Positions 26,459-41,800 of a stretch of 64,000 nucleotides of DNA are shown piece after piece. Positions within the stretch are counted from its first letter, which is position 1. The number at the start of each line of letters is the position of its first letter. The position numbers and the translations under genes are program-made. The stretch lies in NCBI RefSeq assembly GCF_009914755.1, contig NC_060933.1; one strand, given 5' to 3'. Under the pieces are notes generated by a model that saw nothing but the letters and a program-made list of their open reading frames with translations, made no database searches and had not been told where the DNA came from. This DNA is from the human T2T-CHM13v2.0 reference genome, Homo sapiens.

Positions 26459-28739
26459 GCTGTTTTAATTTTCTTTTTTCAGGAAAGCTACAGATTCTTG
26501 TAACATGTTGTTTAAAATGATACATTACTTATATACACACTGTATGTGGCACCGTGCTTCGGGGAAATAACATTGGTGAGCATACATGTATTCCCTTCAT
26601 TTCAGGAGGCTCAGAGTTAACTGAATTTCTGTAAAGCAAATATGTGATAGCTCTCTTCAAGTTATATATTGATGCACATAATCCTTTTTTGTAATTTTTT
26701 GTATTATTTATAAAATTAGTCCAAGCCCCTTCTCTCAAAAGCTACTGAAGTTTGAGGAATCCCACAGTACTTAAAATATAGCTTAAAAGAGTTTTATAAT
26801 TTATAAATACATTTCTTTTGCTCTGTGCTTGTTAGTCACAGTAGATGTTGCTAAAATGATCACAGCACAACAGCGTGTCCTATGGGTTTATCTAGCATTA
26901 ATTACTCAAGTGACCTTCTAGCTCACAAAGTCAAAATGTCACATTAACACCCGTATTTCTTTTGATGTGCTTTCCAGACTTAGAAATGCACAGTGCTATC
27001 AATTGTGGATAAATGTCCTGTATACATGCTTATTTTCAGTATCAGAGTGGGGACAAGTTATCTGAGACGTTGTTAAGTAATAAAGGCATAAACACAAATT
27101 TTCAAAATATAAGACAAAGCCTACAGAAAGGAAATCATAACAACACATTTGAAAATATTTTCCTTTCCAAAAGAACATCTTCTCAGAGTTTATACCATAA
27201 ACAACCTTAAACAATAGGAGTAATTTTTAAAAATTGTTAAAATTGTTAATTTCTAAATATGTAGAACTTAATAACAAGAATAAATCTAGGAAAAAGGCAT
27301 TGTTTCTATACAGAGACAGAAACTACAGCGTGCTGGGAAACTTCTTTCCTTGACAATCATGGCTTTAAGTATGGTGCAATTTTTAGTGCCAACAGACAGC
27401 TGCTGTGGGATATTTTGCGAAAAGAACAAAAGATGTATTCTTCTTGGAGTGAGTTTGCTATTTCACTCTCGTTGTAAGGTAATGACTAAATATATCTCCC
27501 CCATTACAACTCAGAATAACTGAAGAATTCACAGGGAATTTCATTTCAGAGCTACTGCAGATTATGGGGATGGTAAGGTGGGTGAGGAATTTTAGTCATC
27601 ACGACATTCAAAATGAGACAAGATCTCTCAGTGGAATTTTAGGACGTGATGACTCTAACTTTAAACAAGTCATTTTAAAGTTTAAGTCTTCATTAGAATC
27701 TTGGAGTTTCAAAATTTGAAAATTTGAACTTTATGCCTCTTACCACCCTATTATTCAGAAATAAAATGCCTGCAGATAATTTTTTTCATTTAAATCTTTA
27801 AAGCTATAAACTGGATACTCCAAAGTTTATCCCCTAATACATACAACTTACATTACATAGCTAGACCCTAAATAATAAGGCAGGATATCTCTATTTTTTA
27901 CTATCATAGAACCAACTCTATTATCAACAGCTTAATAGCTGCTAATATCTATGTTTAAATAGCACATCACTCTAATAGAGTCTATAAAGAAGACTGGTTA
28001 GAGTCAAAGAGAATAAAAGTAGGAAAATTCATGTTGAATTCATTTTTAATGGAATCTCTAGACCTAAAATTTGTATTATGAGGAAAGAACAGAGTAGGAT
28101 GAAATAGTTCTGCATAGAGAGGCATGTGTCTTTTGGAGTCTGGAGACATACATGAACATGGTGACAGACACCTGCTTTTTGTCTGAAGATTTCTCAAAAT
28201 AGAAGACCAGTAAGAATAGCACCTGCCAGTAAAGCAGACATAAGGCATAGATAGCCTAGGCTCAAAGATGTTACAATCCACCCCATTCTTAGGTTCTGCT
28301 GCTATTTGGGAAAATGCAAGATTTTCTCAGTGGTTCTTGTGTTTCCATGTGTAGTATCTTAAAAGAGTTGGGAAGCACATGCAGGGCTAATTAGTGCCTG
28401 TTGATCATTATACTCAATAAGATACCAATGATATATCTTTTTAAAACTTCAAACAATAATAATGTATGTGAATGCACATATTTGTAATAAAAGTATGAAA
28501 TCACAATCTCTATACATAATTCAACACAGTGATTGCCTCTAGGGAGGAAAAGAGAGGACTATAAACAGAAAGGTAACACAGAAGACATAAGTTTATGTTC
28601 AAAGTTTTATTTATTAAAAATTAGAATCTCGATCAATTAAAATACAATGTTAACATTATTTTGGGTAGTTACAGAGTGGCATCTTGCAATTCTATGCTTG
28701 ATACCTGTTTATTGTTTGAAATATAAAAATATAATGTGT

Positions 28740-29760
28740 ACTTTCAGTTTGGGGATAAGATGACATAGACTCACTTTTTCCTATCCCTCTTTTCTACATA
28801 CAGCTGAATATTCTGAAAATAATTTAACAATTATAGAACGTGAAAAGGTGGAAATAATCCAAGAAGTAGACATAAGACAGTGGACTGGCTACGAATTACA
28901 GAATTTGAAGAACAACACTGACATTGTGATTTTATCTATTCCCATATATCTCAATGTGAGTGCCAGGGACCTGCAACCATGAACAACCAACAATAGGTGT
29001 AGACCCAAGAAGAAAATAAAGGAAAAATAAACAGCAAGAGAGAAGGAAGGAAGGAAGGGAGGGAGGGAGGGAGGGAGGGAGGAAGGAAGGAAGGAAGGAA
29101 GGAAGGAAGGAAGGAAGGAAGGAAGGAAGGAAGGAAGGGGAGGGGAGGGGAGAGGAGAGGAGAGGAGGGGAGAGGGGAGGGGAGGGGAGGGGAGGGAAGG
29201 AAGGGGAAGGGAAGGGAAGGAAGGGGAGGACAGGAAAGTGAGAGAGGAGGAAAAAGAAAGACCTGTTTCCTCTGGCCAAAATAACAGGAAAGAGGAACCG
29301 GGGAGGTGCCTAATGGGGAGACTTATACCCAGTGGAGGCAGTAGCCTGACCTGTCTGGAGAATGAGGACCAACCCACTCCTAAAAAGATGTGCAACAATA
29401 ACAACATTGGAACCGAACAGGCAAACCCAAAAGATGCCTCACATCTGTGGGCAGCAGGCAAGCTCCTCTTCTATTACTGGAGATGAAAACAGGCAAGGTA
29501 CCTCCTGGCTTTCCAACCAGTGGCAGATTGCAACTCCAAAGCAGTGTCTTTTAATCCTTCCTATAAGAGCAGAGGTCACTCAGACCTAGCAGATCGTATC
29601 CTATACCAGCAGGAAAAGATAATTCAAAGCAAGGAACTGCAGGCAGACGACATTTATAGCATTTCTTGAACATCCACCCGGTAGCAGAGAAGCACCCAGA
29701 CAGCTCCTGACCCTCCACCCAGTGGCAGAAGTCTGTCCAGGTTGGTGTTTCCTCCATCAG
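28740..29760 (+). mobile_element. Old L1M 5' UTR-like fragment
   Basis: CTTTCAGTTTGGGGATAAGATGACATAGAC start resembles ancient L1M 5' ends; very diverged. Confidence 0.4.
29037..29260 (+). repeat. Compound polypurine microsatellite (GGAA)n/(GGGA)6/(GGAA)14/(GGGGA)n
   Basis: Directly visible; (GGGA)6 at 29057-29080, (GGAA)14 at 29081-29136. Confidence 0.98.
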
Positions 29761-29909
29761 TAATACTGAAGAATAATTGTGTATGCTCATGTAATCATCA
29801 GCGAAACTTGAATACTGAACATTTTTATCATCTCCTGGAAATATCTTCATGCCCCTGAGATCTAGGCAATCCATGCTGCACTCAGAGGAAAACCACTGTT
29901 CTGATTTGT

Positions 29910-31000
29910 CTCTTTTTATTCTGGATACTTTGAAGATTTTCTCTTTATTTTTTTCAGACTTAAATTATGATGTGCCTATCTTTTGAATTCTTCACAGTTA
30001 TTTTTTTGGGAGGGATTTGGTGAGCTTCTCAGGTCTGCATGGTTTTTTCACCAAACGTAGAAAATATTTGTACATTATTTCTTCAAATAATTTTTGCTAC
30101 ATTTTCTTCTTTTTTATCATTCTAAAGATCCTATGTGTGTTATACTGTGTGATATTACACCAAAAAGTCATTAATTATATACCAATTATTGATAATGTTT
30201 TTCTCAGATGGAATAATTTCTGTTTACATGTTTGCTGGTCCTTTCTCTTATCAACTTTAATTTACTTGCTATTTCTTTTTCCTTTATTTCTTAATGAATT
30301 TCATTCATTAAGCTATTCTAACTGTATATATTGTTCCTTTAACTTCTAGAACTTGTATTTGACTAGTATAGTTTACATTTATCTGCTCAAACAACTTCTA
30401 TTTATTCATAATGGAAACATTTTCAAATCTTTGAACATGTGTATAAGAGTTGCTTTAAAAATCTTGCCTGTTAATCCACAAATTTCCATTGATTGCTTTT
30501 TCCCTTGGCCATGGATCATATATTTCCTGTTTCTTCACACATCTAATAAACTTTCTTATATATGACACATGGTGATAAATTAACTTTAGACATTCTGGAC
30601 ACTTCTCTTGTTCCTTGAAGAAATGATTTATATTTTAATAGGAAGTTAACTTGACTGGATTCCATTCATAACTCTGGGTTTCTGCACAATATTTTCCACC
30701 TTCCAACTATTGCTTTGTATTGTATTTTTGTAGCATTCTTCACTCATGCACAGTGCAAGCGTCAGCCAATGTTTGGGGTTTAGTCCATGTGCATATTTTA
30801 GGGATCTTTCCTTGGTGGCATCTTCCTTCTTTGGACTTCACCCTTCACTTTCCAGACATTCTGACAGCCCCACACTCTGTCCTCTGACTCCTTGGGTAGA
30901 GTGAAGCTTTATGTTTTAGTTCCAGATATCCTATAACAAAGGGACTTTGTTTCACACTGCACTAACTTGAAATAGTGTGTGTTTGTGTGTGTGTCTGGTT
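29910..31000 (-). mobile_element. Old L1ME-like ORF1/5' region fragment
   Basis: T-rich antisense pattern (TTTGAAGATTTTCTCTTTATT, CATTATTTCTTCAAATAATTTT). Confidence 0.55.
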
Positions 31001-31002
31001 TG

Positions 31003-31410
31003 TGCTATGGTTTGAATATTTGTACCCTCCAAAACTCATGGTGAAATTGCTTCCCCAGTGTGGCAGTTTTGAGATTTGTGGCCTTTGAGAGGTGATTGGA
31101 TCTTGAGAGTTCTGCCTTGCTGATTGGATTGATCTAGTCTTGTATTAATGAATGTATGGTTTAATGAACTGGTGGCTTTATATAAAGGGGAAAAGAGACC
31201 TAAGATGGGGTGTTAGCATGCTCATCTCCCTAGCTATGTGATACCCTGCACTGCCCCTGGGCTCTTCGGAGAGCAAGCAAGAAGGCTCTCACTATGTTCA
31301 GCCTCTCAACTTTGGACTTAAGCTCCATAATTGTATGAAATAAATTTCTGTTCTTATAAATTACCCAGTTTCAGGCATTCTGATATAAGAAACAGAAAAC
31401 AAACTATGGT
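31003..31410 (+). mobile_element. MSTD-like MaLR solo LTR
   Basis: TGCTATGGTTTGAATATTTGTACCCTCCAAAACTCATG...AAATAAATTTCTGTTCTTATAAATTACCCAG. Confidence 0.85.
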
Positions 31411-31809
31411 AGTTTTGTTTTTCTTTTTAATATATTTTATCTAGTGTTGGTAATTGAAATCTGATGGATGATAATACATTTCAGAACCAGTCCTCCCTCA
31501 TCGTTATTGTTAAAAGATATTTCACTTACATGGAATTCTAGACTGGCACTGATTTTTCTTTCAGCATTTTAAAGATATAATAGATTTGTCTCTGGCTTCC
31601 TCTAATTAGAACTCAATGAGAATATCTATCCTCATTCTTTCACATGTAATATTTTATTCCCCTCTGGCTTCTTTTAATAGATTTTTCTCTTTTATTAGTT
31701 TAAGCATTTTTGGCTTTGATATGTTGAGGTGCATTTTTAAGAAATGGATGTGTTTTACAAAGATTCCAGCATCTTGAATTGATGACACTAATAAATTTGA
31801 AAAATTACA

Positions 31810-32203
31810 TCTATGGGCTAAACTGTATGCCTTCGAAATTCATCAGTTGAAGTCCTAATCCCCAATGCCTCAAAATGTGGTTTTAATTGAAGACAGATCA
31901 GTTAATTAGTTAATTAAAATGCAATTATTAGGGTAGTCCATAATCCAACATGACTGATGTCTTTATAAGAAGGGAACATTAGAACACAGACACAGACAGA
32001 GGGAAAAGCATGTGAAGTCACAGAAAGAAGACAGTCATCTCCACGCCAAGGAGAGCAGCCTTGGAAACAAACAAACAAACAAAACTCTTTCAACCCTTGG
32101 ATATCTGACCTCTAACCTCCAGAATGATGAGAAAATAAAATTCTGTTATTTAGGCCACCCAGTCTGTGCTTCTTTGTTATCGCAACCCTAGCAAACTAAT
32201 AGA
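31810..32203 (+). mobile_element. MLT1B/MLT1A-like MaLR solo LTR
   Basis: TATGGGCTAAACTGT...GTTGAAGTCCTAATCCCCA...CCCTAGCAAACTAATA. Confidence 0.85.
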
Positions 32204-32359
32204 AATACTTTAGAAAATCTATTCAAATATTCTTTCAGTCTGTTTTCCCTCCTCTCCTCTAGGCCACCAATTACATATAAATGTGGTACAATTCTTATTG
32301 ATACCATGTTTACTAACCTTTTCCTCTTCGACTGAGGTCTGTTTTTTATTTTCCTCCTA

Positions 32360-33600
32360 AGGATTTATTGAGATACAATCCAAAAATCACACAATTCATT
32401 AAAGTGTACAAGTCCAGGATTCTTGTATATTAACAGAATTGGGCGATCATCACTATAATCTAATTTTAGAAAATTTCCATCCACTCCCAAATAAATCCTT
32501 TACCATTAGCAGCTATTCCCCATCACCCTCTCTGCCTTCTAATCCTATGCTTCCTATCTCTGCATGTTTCTCTTTCAGGACATTTCATATAAATGGATTA
32601 ATAAAATATGTTGTCTTTTGTGGCTAACTTCTTTCAATTAGTTTGATGTTTTCAAAGTTTATCCATGTGGTAGCATTTATCAGTATTTACTCACTTTTAT
32701 TAACATTTCATATTTCGTTGTAACAATATGCCACTTTATTTTGCATACATTTATCAGTTGACAGAAATTGGCTTAATTTCACTTTTTGACTGTTATAAAT
32801 AGTACTGCTATGAACTTCCATGTATAAGCTTTTGTGTGGACATAGGTTTTTATTTCTTTTTGGTACATAACTGAGTATTGAAATGTTGGATTATAGGACA
32901 GCTTTATTTTGAACATTTTTTTCTGAAGGATATGTACATTTTAAAATTTCAAGCAGCAATGTATTACGTTTCCAATTTTTCCTTGTCTACAGCCCTTATC
33001 TACCTTTTATAGTGCACACATCTGAGAGATAGTACAGTATCTCCTTATGGTTTTGATTTGCATTTCCTCAATGGTCAATGATATTAAGCATCATTTTACA
33101 TGGTTACTGGACTCATATATCTTCTTTGGGAAATGCATATATTCCAATTTTTTACATAGTTTTTAATTGGAATATTTGTCTTTGTATAATTGAGTTGTAA
33201 GAGTTGTTTATATGTTCTAGATATGAGTCCTTTTTCAGACATACAATTTTCAAATATTTTATTTCATTCTGTATGTTCTCTCTTCATTTTGTAGATAGTA
33301 TCAAATTGTAGATAGTATCATTTACAGCAAAAATATTTTTAAATTTGGTAGTCTATTTTTTATATTTTTTCCTTCTTTGCTCTAAAAGGATTTCATCACC
33401 CAAAGAACAAGAAATTATTCTGTTTTCTTCTAATGGTTTTGTACTTTTAGCTCTTACATTTAGATCTTTGATCTATCTGGAGCTAATTTTTGTATGTGGT
33501 ATGAAGTAGGTGTTCAAATTTATTATTCTACATTTGAACATCCAGTTGTTCCAACACCATTTGTTGAAAAAAAACTATTATTTCCTCATTGAGTTCTGTG
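32360..33600 (-). mobile_element. L1MB-like 3' fragment
   Basis: Antisense 3' UTR (TTTATTGAGATACAAT) and ORF2 end (ATCCAGTTGTTCCAACACCATTTGTTGAAAA). Confidence 0.82.
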
Positions 33601-34002
33601 GCATAAGGTTTGCACTTAATTCTATTAAATGAATTATTTATTCTTCTATCATGGGTTTTTATTTCCTGACATTCTATTTATATCCTTTATAGTTGCCATT
33701 TTTTCCATGTATCTAAACATGGTGTTTTCATTTTCCAATTAATGCTTTCATATATCTGTAACAATTATTTTAAAGATCCAATATGTGAATTTTAACATCT
33801 GAACTCTCTTTGTATCAGCTGTTTATTGTATGTTTTCTTTCTTAACCATGTATTAGATTTTCTTGCTTCTTCACATCTCATTATTTTTTAATTTATGATA
33901 AATAAATTCGTAAGCAAACAGCAAAGATTGAAGTAACATTTTTCTCCAGAAAATTGCATGTTTCTTCTTGTAAGACTTCTTGTATTGAGTGAAGGATTAA
34001 TC

Positions 34003-34369
34003 TCATCTGCATTTTTTTTTTTAGCCCGAATCATCATACAGCTTTAGATGGTTTAATTTTGGCATTGGCTTCAGACATATTGAGAGATTGTACAGCACTA
34101 TCCATTCAGATACGCTTGGTGTCTAAGTACCAACAACACTCTGGAAATCAATGTATCTCTCTTCCTCTCTGTCTCTCTTTGTTTTGCTTTGTTTTAGTTC
34201 AGTTGCCAGCTTTTTGGATCATCTGCATTTTTTTTTTTTTTAGCTTGAATCATCATACAGCTTTAGATGGTTTTATTTTGGCATTGGCTTCAGACATATC
34301 GAGAGATTGTACAGCACTATCCATTCAGATACGCTTGGTGTCTAAGTACCAACAACACTCTGGAAATCA
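34003..34369. repeat. ~150-bp direct duplication (34003-34150 and 34219-34369) with a 68-bp spacer
   Basis: Copies differ by 4 substitutions and poly-T length (11 vs 14). Confidence 0.97.
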
Positions 34370-34769
34370 TAGAGTTTTCTTTAACTCTGTTTTTTCACCA
34401 CAGAAGATCTTATCATCCCTTGCTGCCTCATCCCCAGCTATCTGGAACTAATAACTTGCTTTTAGTCAGGATCAAAATTGCTTCAAAAGGATTTCTGGAC
34501 ATTTGTTTTGTACATAGCCTTCAGCTTTTCCACTAATTTGCACTTGAACAAGTCCCTACACATCTTGTATGATTTATTTCTCATCTCTCCTCTGCTTACA
34601 ACCTTCAGTATATATTTGGTGAAGGCCTATGGGAAAGAGCTGGCAGGTAGGTATGGGTTTACTTTGTGGCTAAACTTAATTGGTATTAATATCTAACCAA
34701 CCCTTACGTTTCTAGTAATGTTTTTTTAGTTGTTTGCTTGGCTAGTATGTCTTATCTATTTATTTTTTA

Positions 34770-35415
34770 ACAAACAAACTTATTGGAGTATGATTTATAT
34801 ACAAAACAGAATATATTCAACGTATACAATTTGATCAGTTCAGACATATTCATGTACCCATGAAGCTATCATTACAATCAAGGTAACAAATATATGAATC
34901 ACTCCAAAAGTTTTCTCATTTTTTTTTTTGCGTGTATGGTAAGAACACTTAACATGATATCTACCCTCACAGCAATTTTAAGTACACTATACAGTATGGT
35001 TAACTATAAGCACAATGTTGTAGAGCATTTATCTAGGAATTATTCATATTGTATAACTAAAACTTTATGCCCATTGGACAATCATTTTCTCTCCTCATTT
35101 CTCTTTCCCCAAGCCCCTGAAACCTATTGTTCTACTTTGAGCTTCTATGAGTTTGACTATTTTACAAAGCTTATTTGTATTTGGCTTATTTCACTTAGGA
35201 TAATGTCCTCTAGATTCATTTGTGTTGCAAATATCAGGATTTTCTTCTTTTTTAAGGTTGAATAATATTTCACTGTATGTGTATATTCACAATTTGTATA
35301 CCATTCATCCATCAATGGACTCTTGGATTATGTCTGTATCTTGGCTGTTGTGAATAATGCTGCAATGAACATGGAAGTGTAGATATACCTTCAGTATTCT
35401 GATTTCAGTTGTTTT
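34770..35415 (-). mobile_element. L1MA9/10-like 3' end (host element, part 1)
   Basis: GTAAGAACACTTAACATGATATCTACCCTC 3' UTR; continues at 40361. Confidence 0.82.
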
Positions 35416-35427
35416 ATTTAAAAATCG

Positions 35428-35850
35428 TTTTTATTTTTATTTTTTCTAGGTACATAGTAGGCATATATATTTGTGGGGTACAGGAGATATTCTGACACAG
35501 GCATGCAATGTGAAATAATTAGATCATGGAAAATGGGTTATCCATCCTCTCAAGCATTTATCCTTTGTGTTAAAACAATCCAGTTACATTCTTTTAGTTA
35601 TTTTTAAATGTACAATTAAGCTCTTATTGAGTATAGTCACCATGCTATGCTATTAAATAGTGTGTATTACTCCTTCTCCTTTTCTTTTTTTACCCATTAA
35701 CCATCCCCATCTCATTACCAGCTTCTCACTACCCTTCCCAGCCTCTGGTAACCATCCTTCTACTCTATGCTCATGATTTCAATTGTTTTGGTTTTTAGAT
35801 CCCACAAATAAGTGAGAACATGTGATGTTTATCTTTTTTTGCCTGGCTTG
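35428..35850 (-). mobile_element. L1MA1-3-like 3' end
   Basis: GGTACATAGTAGGCATATATATTTGTGGGGTACAGGAG...TTTTAGATCCCACAAATAAGTGAGAACATG. Confidence 0.85.
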
Positions 35851-36429
35851 AAATATCTATTTTTTATTATGTTTTCTAAGTGCGTTAATACATATTTTCA
35901 AGGTCAAATATTTTTTTTCCAGTGGATTGTTACATGTGCTTCAAGTACATAGCATATTACCTTGCTAAAAGGCACTCTATTTTTTTATTTCTTCTTGTAG
36001 TGTAATTATACTAGAGTTTCATAAACAGAAAGTATCTGGTTTTTTTTTAATCCTAATTTGAGGAGTAATGCATTCAGCATTGGCTTTGGCTGTATAATTA
36101 CTCATAGCTTTTTAATGTTAAGAAAATATTCCTCTAATCCTTGTTTTCTAGGATTTGGTTGGGGAATACTTGTTGAGTTTTATTGAATACTTTTTAAGCA
36201 TCAAAGGCCATGAAGATAATAGTCTCCTCCTGTGTTATCTTGTACTGTTTGGTTTCTTGGAAATATATTTTAATACACTCTACATATTACTTAGCATACA
36301 TGCCGAGTAAGTGTTAAGGATGAATGAAGATGCAATTCTTACTCTCACTAGTGAGACTGAGAGCGTCTCTTTCTCCCATATCCTCTCCAGGTCATTTTAA
36401 TTTTTCTTATGATTAAAAACAAGTTTAAA

Positions 36430-39066
<2,637 letters not shown>

Positions 39067-39429
39067 AAAAAGAAGTTTAAATTTGTCTTTGGCTACCATT
39101 TGCATTTCCTTTTCAGTAAAATGGCTGTTCCTGCCCTTTGTCTATTTTTTTCTAACATTTTCTCCCTATATATATCTTTTAACTTTTTTATGGTCTACTT
39201 TTTATTTTCAAATATTTTATTATTTGTTCAAATCTATTTCTTCTTCCCTTATGGCTTCTGGGTGTTTTGACTTAAGAAGGTCTGCAACATCCTGAGAGTA
39301 AACAAGTATTCTCTTAAATTTGCTTTTTATATTATAATCTTACAGATTATTTTGAAGATGTATGAAGTAGAGATTATGTCCATTGCATGATCGTACATGC
39401 CATCTTTTCTGTCTGAATTGAATTGCTAC

Positions 39430-40360
39430 TTTTTTATTATAGTCTAAGTTCTGTGATACATGTGTAAAATGTGCAGGTTTGTTACATAGTTATACAGTTG
39501 CCATGGTGGTTTGCTGCACTCATCAAACTGTCATCTACATTAGGTATTTATTCTAATGCTATCCCTCCCCTAGCCCTCCACCCCCCGACAGGACCCAGTG
39601 TGTGATGTTCCCCTCATCATCAGAGTGAACAGGCAATCTCCAGAATGGGAGAAAATTTTTGCAATCTATTCATCTGACAAAGGGCTAATACCCAGAATCT
39701 ACAAGGAACTTAAACAATTTTACAAGATAAAAACAAACAACCCCATCAAAAAGTGGACAAAGGATATGAACAGACACTTCTCAAAAGAAGACATTTATGC
39801 AGGCAACAAGCATATGAAAGCTCATCATTAGTGGTTACTAAAGAAATGCAAATCAAAACCGTAATGAGATACCATCTCAAACCAATTAGAATGGTGATCA
39901 TTAAAAAGTCAGGAAACAACAGATGCTGGAGAGGATGTGGAGAAATAGGAGCACTGTTGGTGGGAGTGTAAATTAGTTCCACCATTGTGGAAGACAGTGT
40001 GGTGATTCATCAAGGATCTAGAACCAGAAATACCATTTGACCCATCAATCCCATTACTGGGTATATACCCAAAAGATTATAAATCATTCTACTGTAAAGA
40101 CACATGCACACCTATGTTTATTGCGGCACTATTGTCAATAGCAAAGACTTGGAACCAACCCAAATGCCCATCGATGATAGACTGGATAAAGAAAATGTGG
40201 CACATATACACCATGGAATACTATGCTTGCATAAAAAAGGATGAGTTCATGTCCTTTGCAGGGACATGAATGAAGCTGGAAACCATCATTCTCAGCAAAC
40301 TAACACAGAAACAGGAAACTAAACATCACATGTTCTCACTCATAAATGGGAGTTGAAAAA
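39430..40360 (-). mobile_element. L1PA7-like, 5'-inverted (3' UTR on minus 39430-39615; inverted segment on plus 39616-40360)
   Basis: Antisense 3' end to TGTTCCCCTC, then plus-strand ATCATCAGAGTGAACAGG...GGGAGTTGAAAAATGA. Confidence 0.93.
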
Positions 40361-41661
40361 TGATTTCAGTTCTTTTGGGTATGTATCCAGAAGTGGAACT
40401 GCTTGGTCATATGACTGTTTTTTAAACTTTTTGAAGAACCTCCATTCTGTTTTCAATGGTGGCTGCGCCACTTTACACTTCTACCAAGAGTGTAGAAGAA
40501 ATCCATATTCTGCAGTTTCTCACCAACATTTATTGTCTTTTGTTTTTTCGATAGTAGCTACTATGGTTTATATGTGGTGATATCTTATATTGGTTTTGAT
40601 TTACATTTACCTAGTGATTTGTTAATTTGAGTACCTTTTAATTTACCTGGAACAATTTTATGTCTGCTTTGCAGAAATGTCTATTCAAGTTCTTGGCCCA
40701 TTTTCTTGTAATTTGTTTTTCTGCTATTGAGTTGTAGGAGTTCCTCATATATTTTGAATACCAACTCCTTATCAGATATATAGTCAACATTTTTTTTCCA
40801 TTTCATAGTTTCCCTTTACTTTCTGTTGATTATTTTCTTTGCTGTGTAGAAATGACTCAGTTTAGCATAATACCATTTATCTATTTGGTTGTTGTTGGCT
40901 GCGCTTTTGGTGTCATATCCAGGAAACCAAGGCAGGACCAATCCCCAAGAAGCTTTCCCCCTAGGTCTTCCTATAGGAGTTTTAAGAGTTTTAAGTCTTA
41001 CATGTAAGGCTATAATTAACTGTGTCTTAATGTTCTTCTTGTATGCCATATGATAAGGGCCAATTTCATTCTTTTGAATGTGGATATCCAGTTTTTTCTA
41101 ACACCATTCATTGAAGAGATTTTATTTCTCGATTGTATATTCTTGATGACCATGTTGACGATCAGTTGACCATTATATGTGTGAGTTTATTTACAGGATC
41201 TCCATTCTGTTTCACAGGTCTATATGTCTGTCTTTATGTCAGTACCATACCACTTTATTTACTGCAACTTTGTAATGTATTTAGATACCAGAAAGTGTGA
41301 TGTCTGTACCTTTTTCATTTTTCTCAAGATTGCTTATGCTATTTTGGGTCTTTTGTGGTTCTGTAGGAATGTAAAATTATTTTTCTATTTCTGTAAAAAA
41401 GAAAATGTCCTTGGGATTTGGATGGGGGTGGCATTGAATCTGTAGATCTCTAGGGATAGTATGGGTACTTTAACATTACTAAATCTTCCAATCCAGGAAA
41501 ACAGAATATCTTTCCATTTATTTTAGGTCTTTAATTTCTTTCATTAATATTATGCAGTTTTCAGCATAGAAGTCTTTTATTAATACTTTTTTGCTTAAGC
41601 TTACATCTAAGTATTTTATTTTATATTTTATGCTGTTGTAAATGGAATTGTTTTATTAATT
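40361..41661 (-). mobile_element. L1MA9/10-like host element, part 2
   Basis: Resumes at the duplicated TGATTTCAGTTCTTTT into GGGTATGTATCCAGAAGTGG; antisense ORF2. Confidence 0.82.
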
Positions 41662-41800
41662 ATTTTATTACTATTATTATTTTTAGAGATAAAGTCTCAC
41701 TGTGTTGCCCAGGCTGGCTCAAACTCGTGGGCTCAAGCCATCTTCCTGCCTTAGCCTTCTGAGTAGCTGAGACTACAGGGGTGCACCACTGCGCCTGGCT
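41662..41800 (-). mobile_element. FLAM_C / Alu monomer
   Basis: TTTTAGAGATAAAGTCTCACTGTGTTGCCCAGGCTGG...CCACTGCGCCTGGCT. Confidence 0.85.

Noticed and set aside
28889-29461. 190-aa Pro/Ser/Leu/Phe-rich ORF
   Set aside because: It is the translation of the polypyrimidine microsatellite strand.
34003-34369. Repeat-spacer-repeat as a CRISPR-like array or LTR element
   Set aside because: Primate DNA, only two 150-bp copies, no cas genes, no TG...CA termini or primer-binding site.
34059-34451. 130-aa ORF with an internal repeat
   Set aside because: A by-product of the DNA duplication (period 216, divisible by 3); non-ATG start and no splice or homology support.
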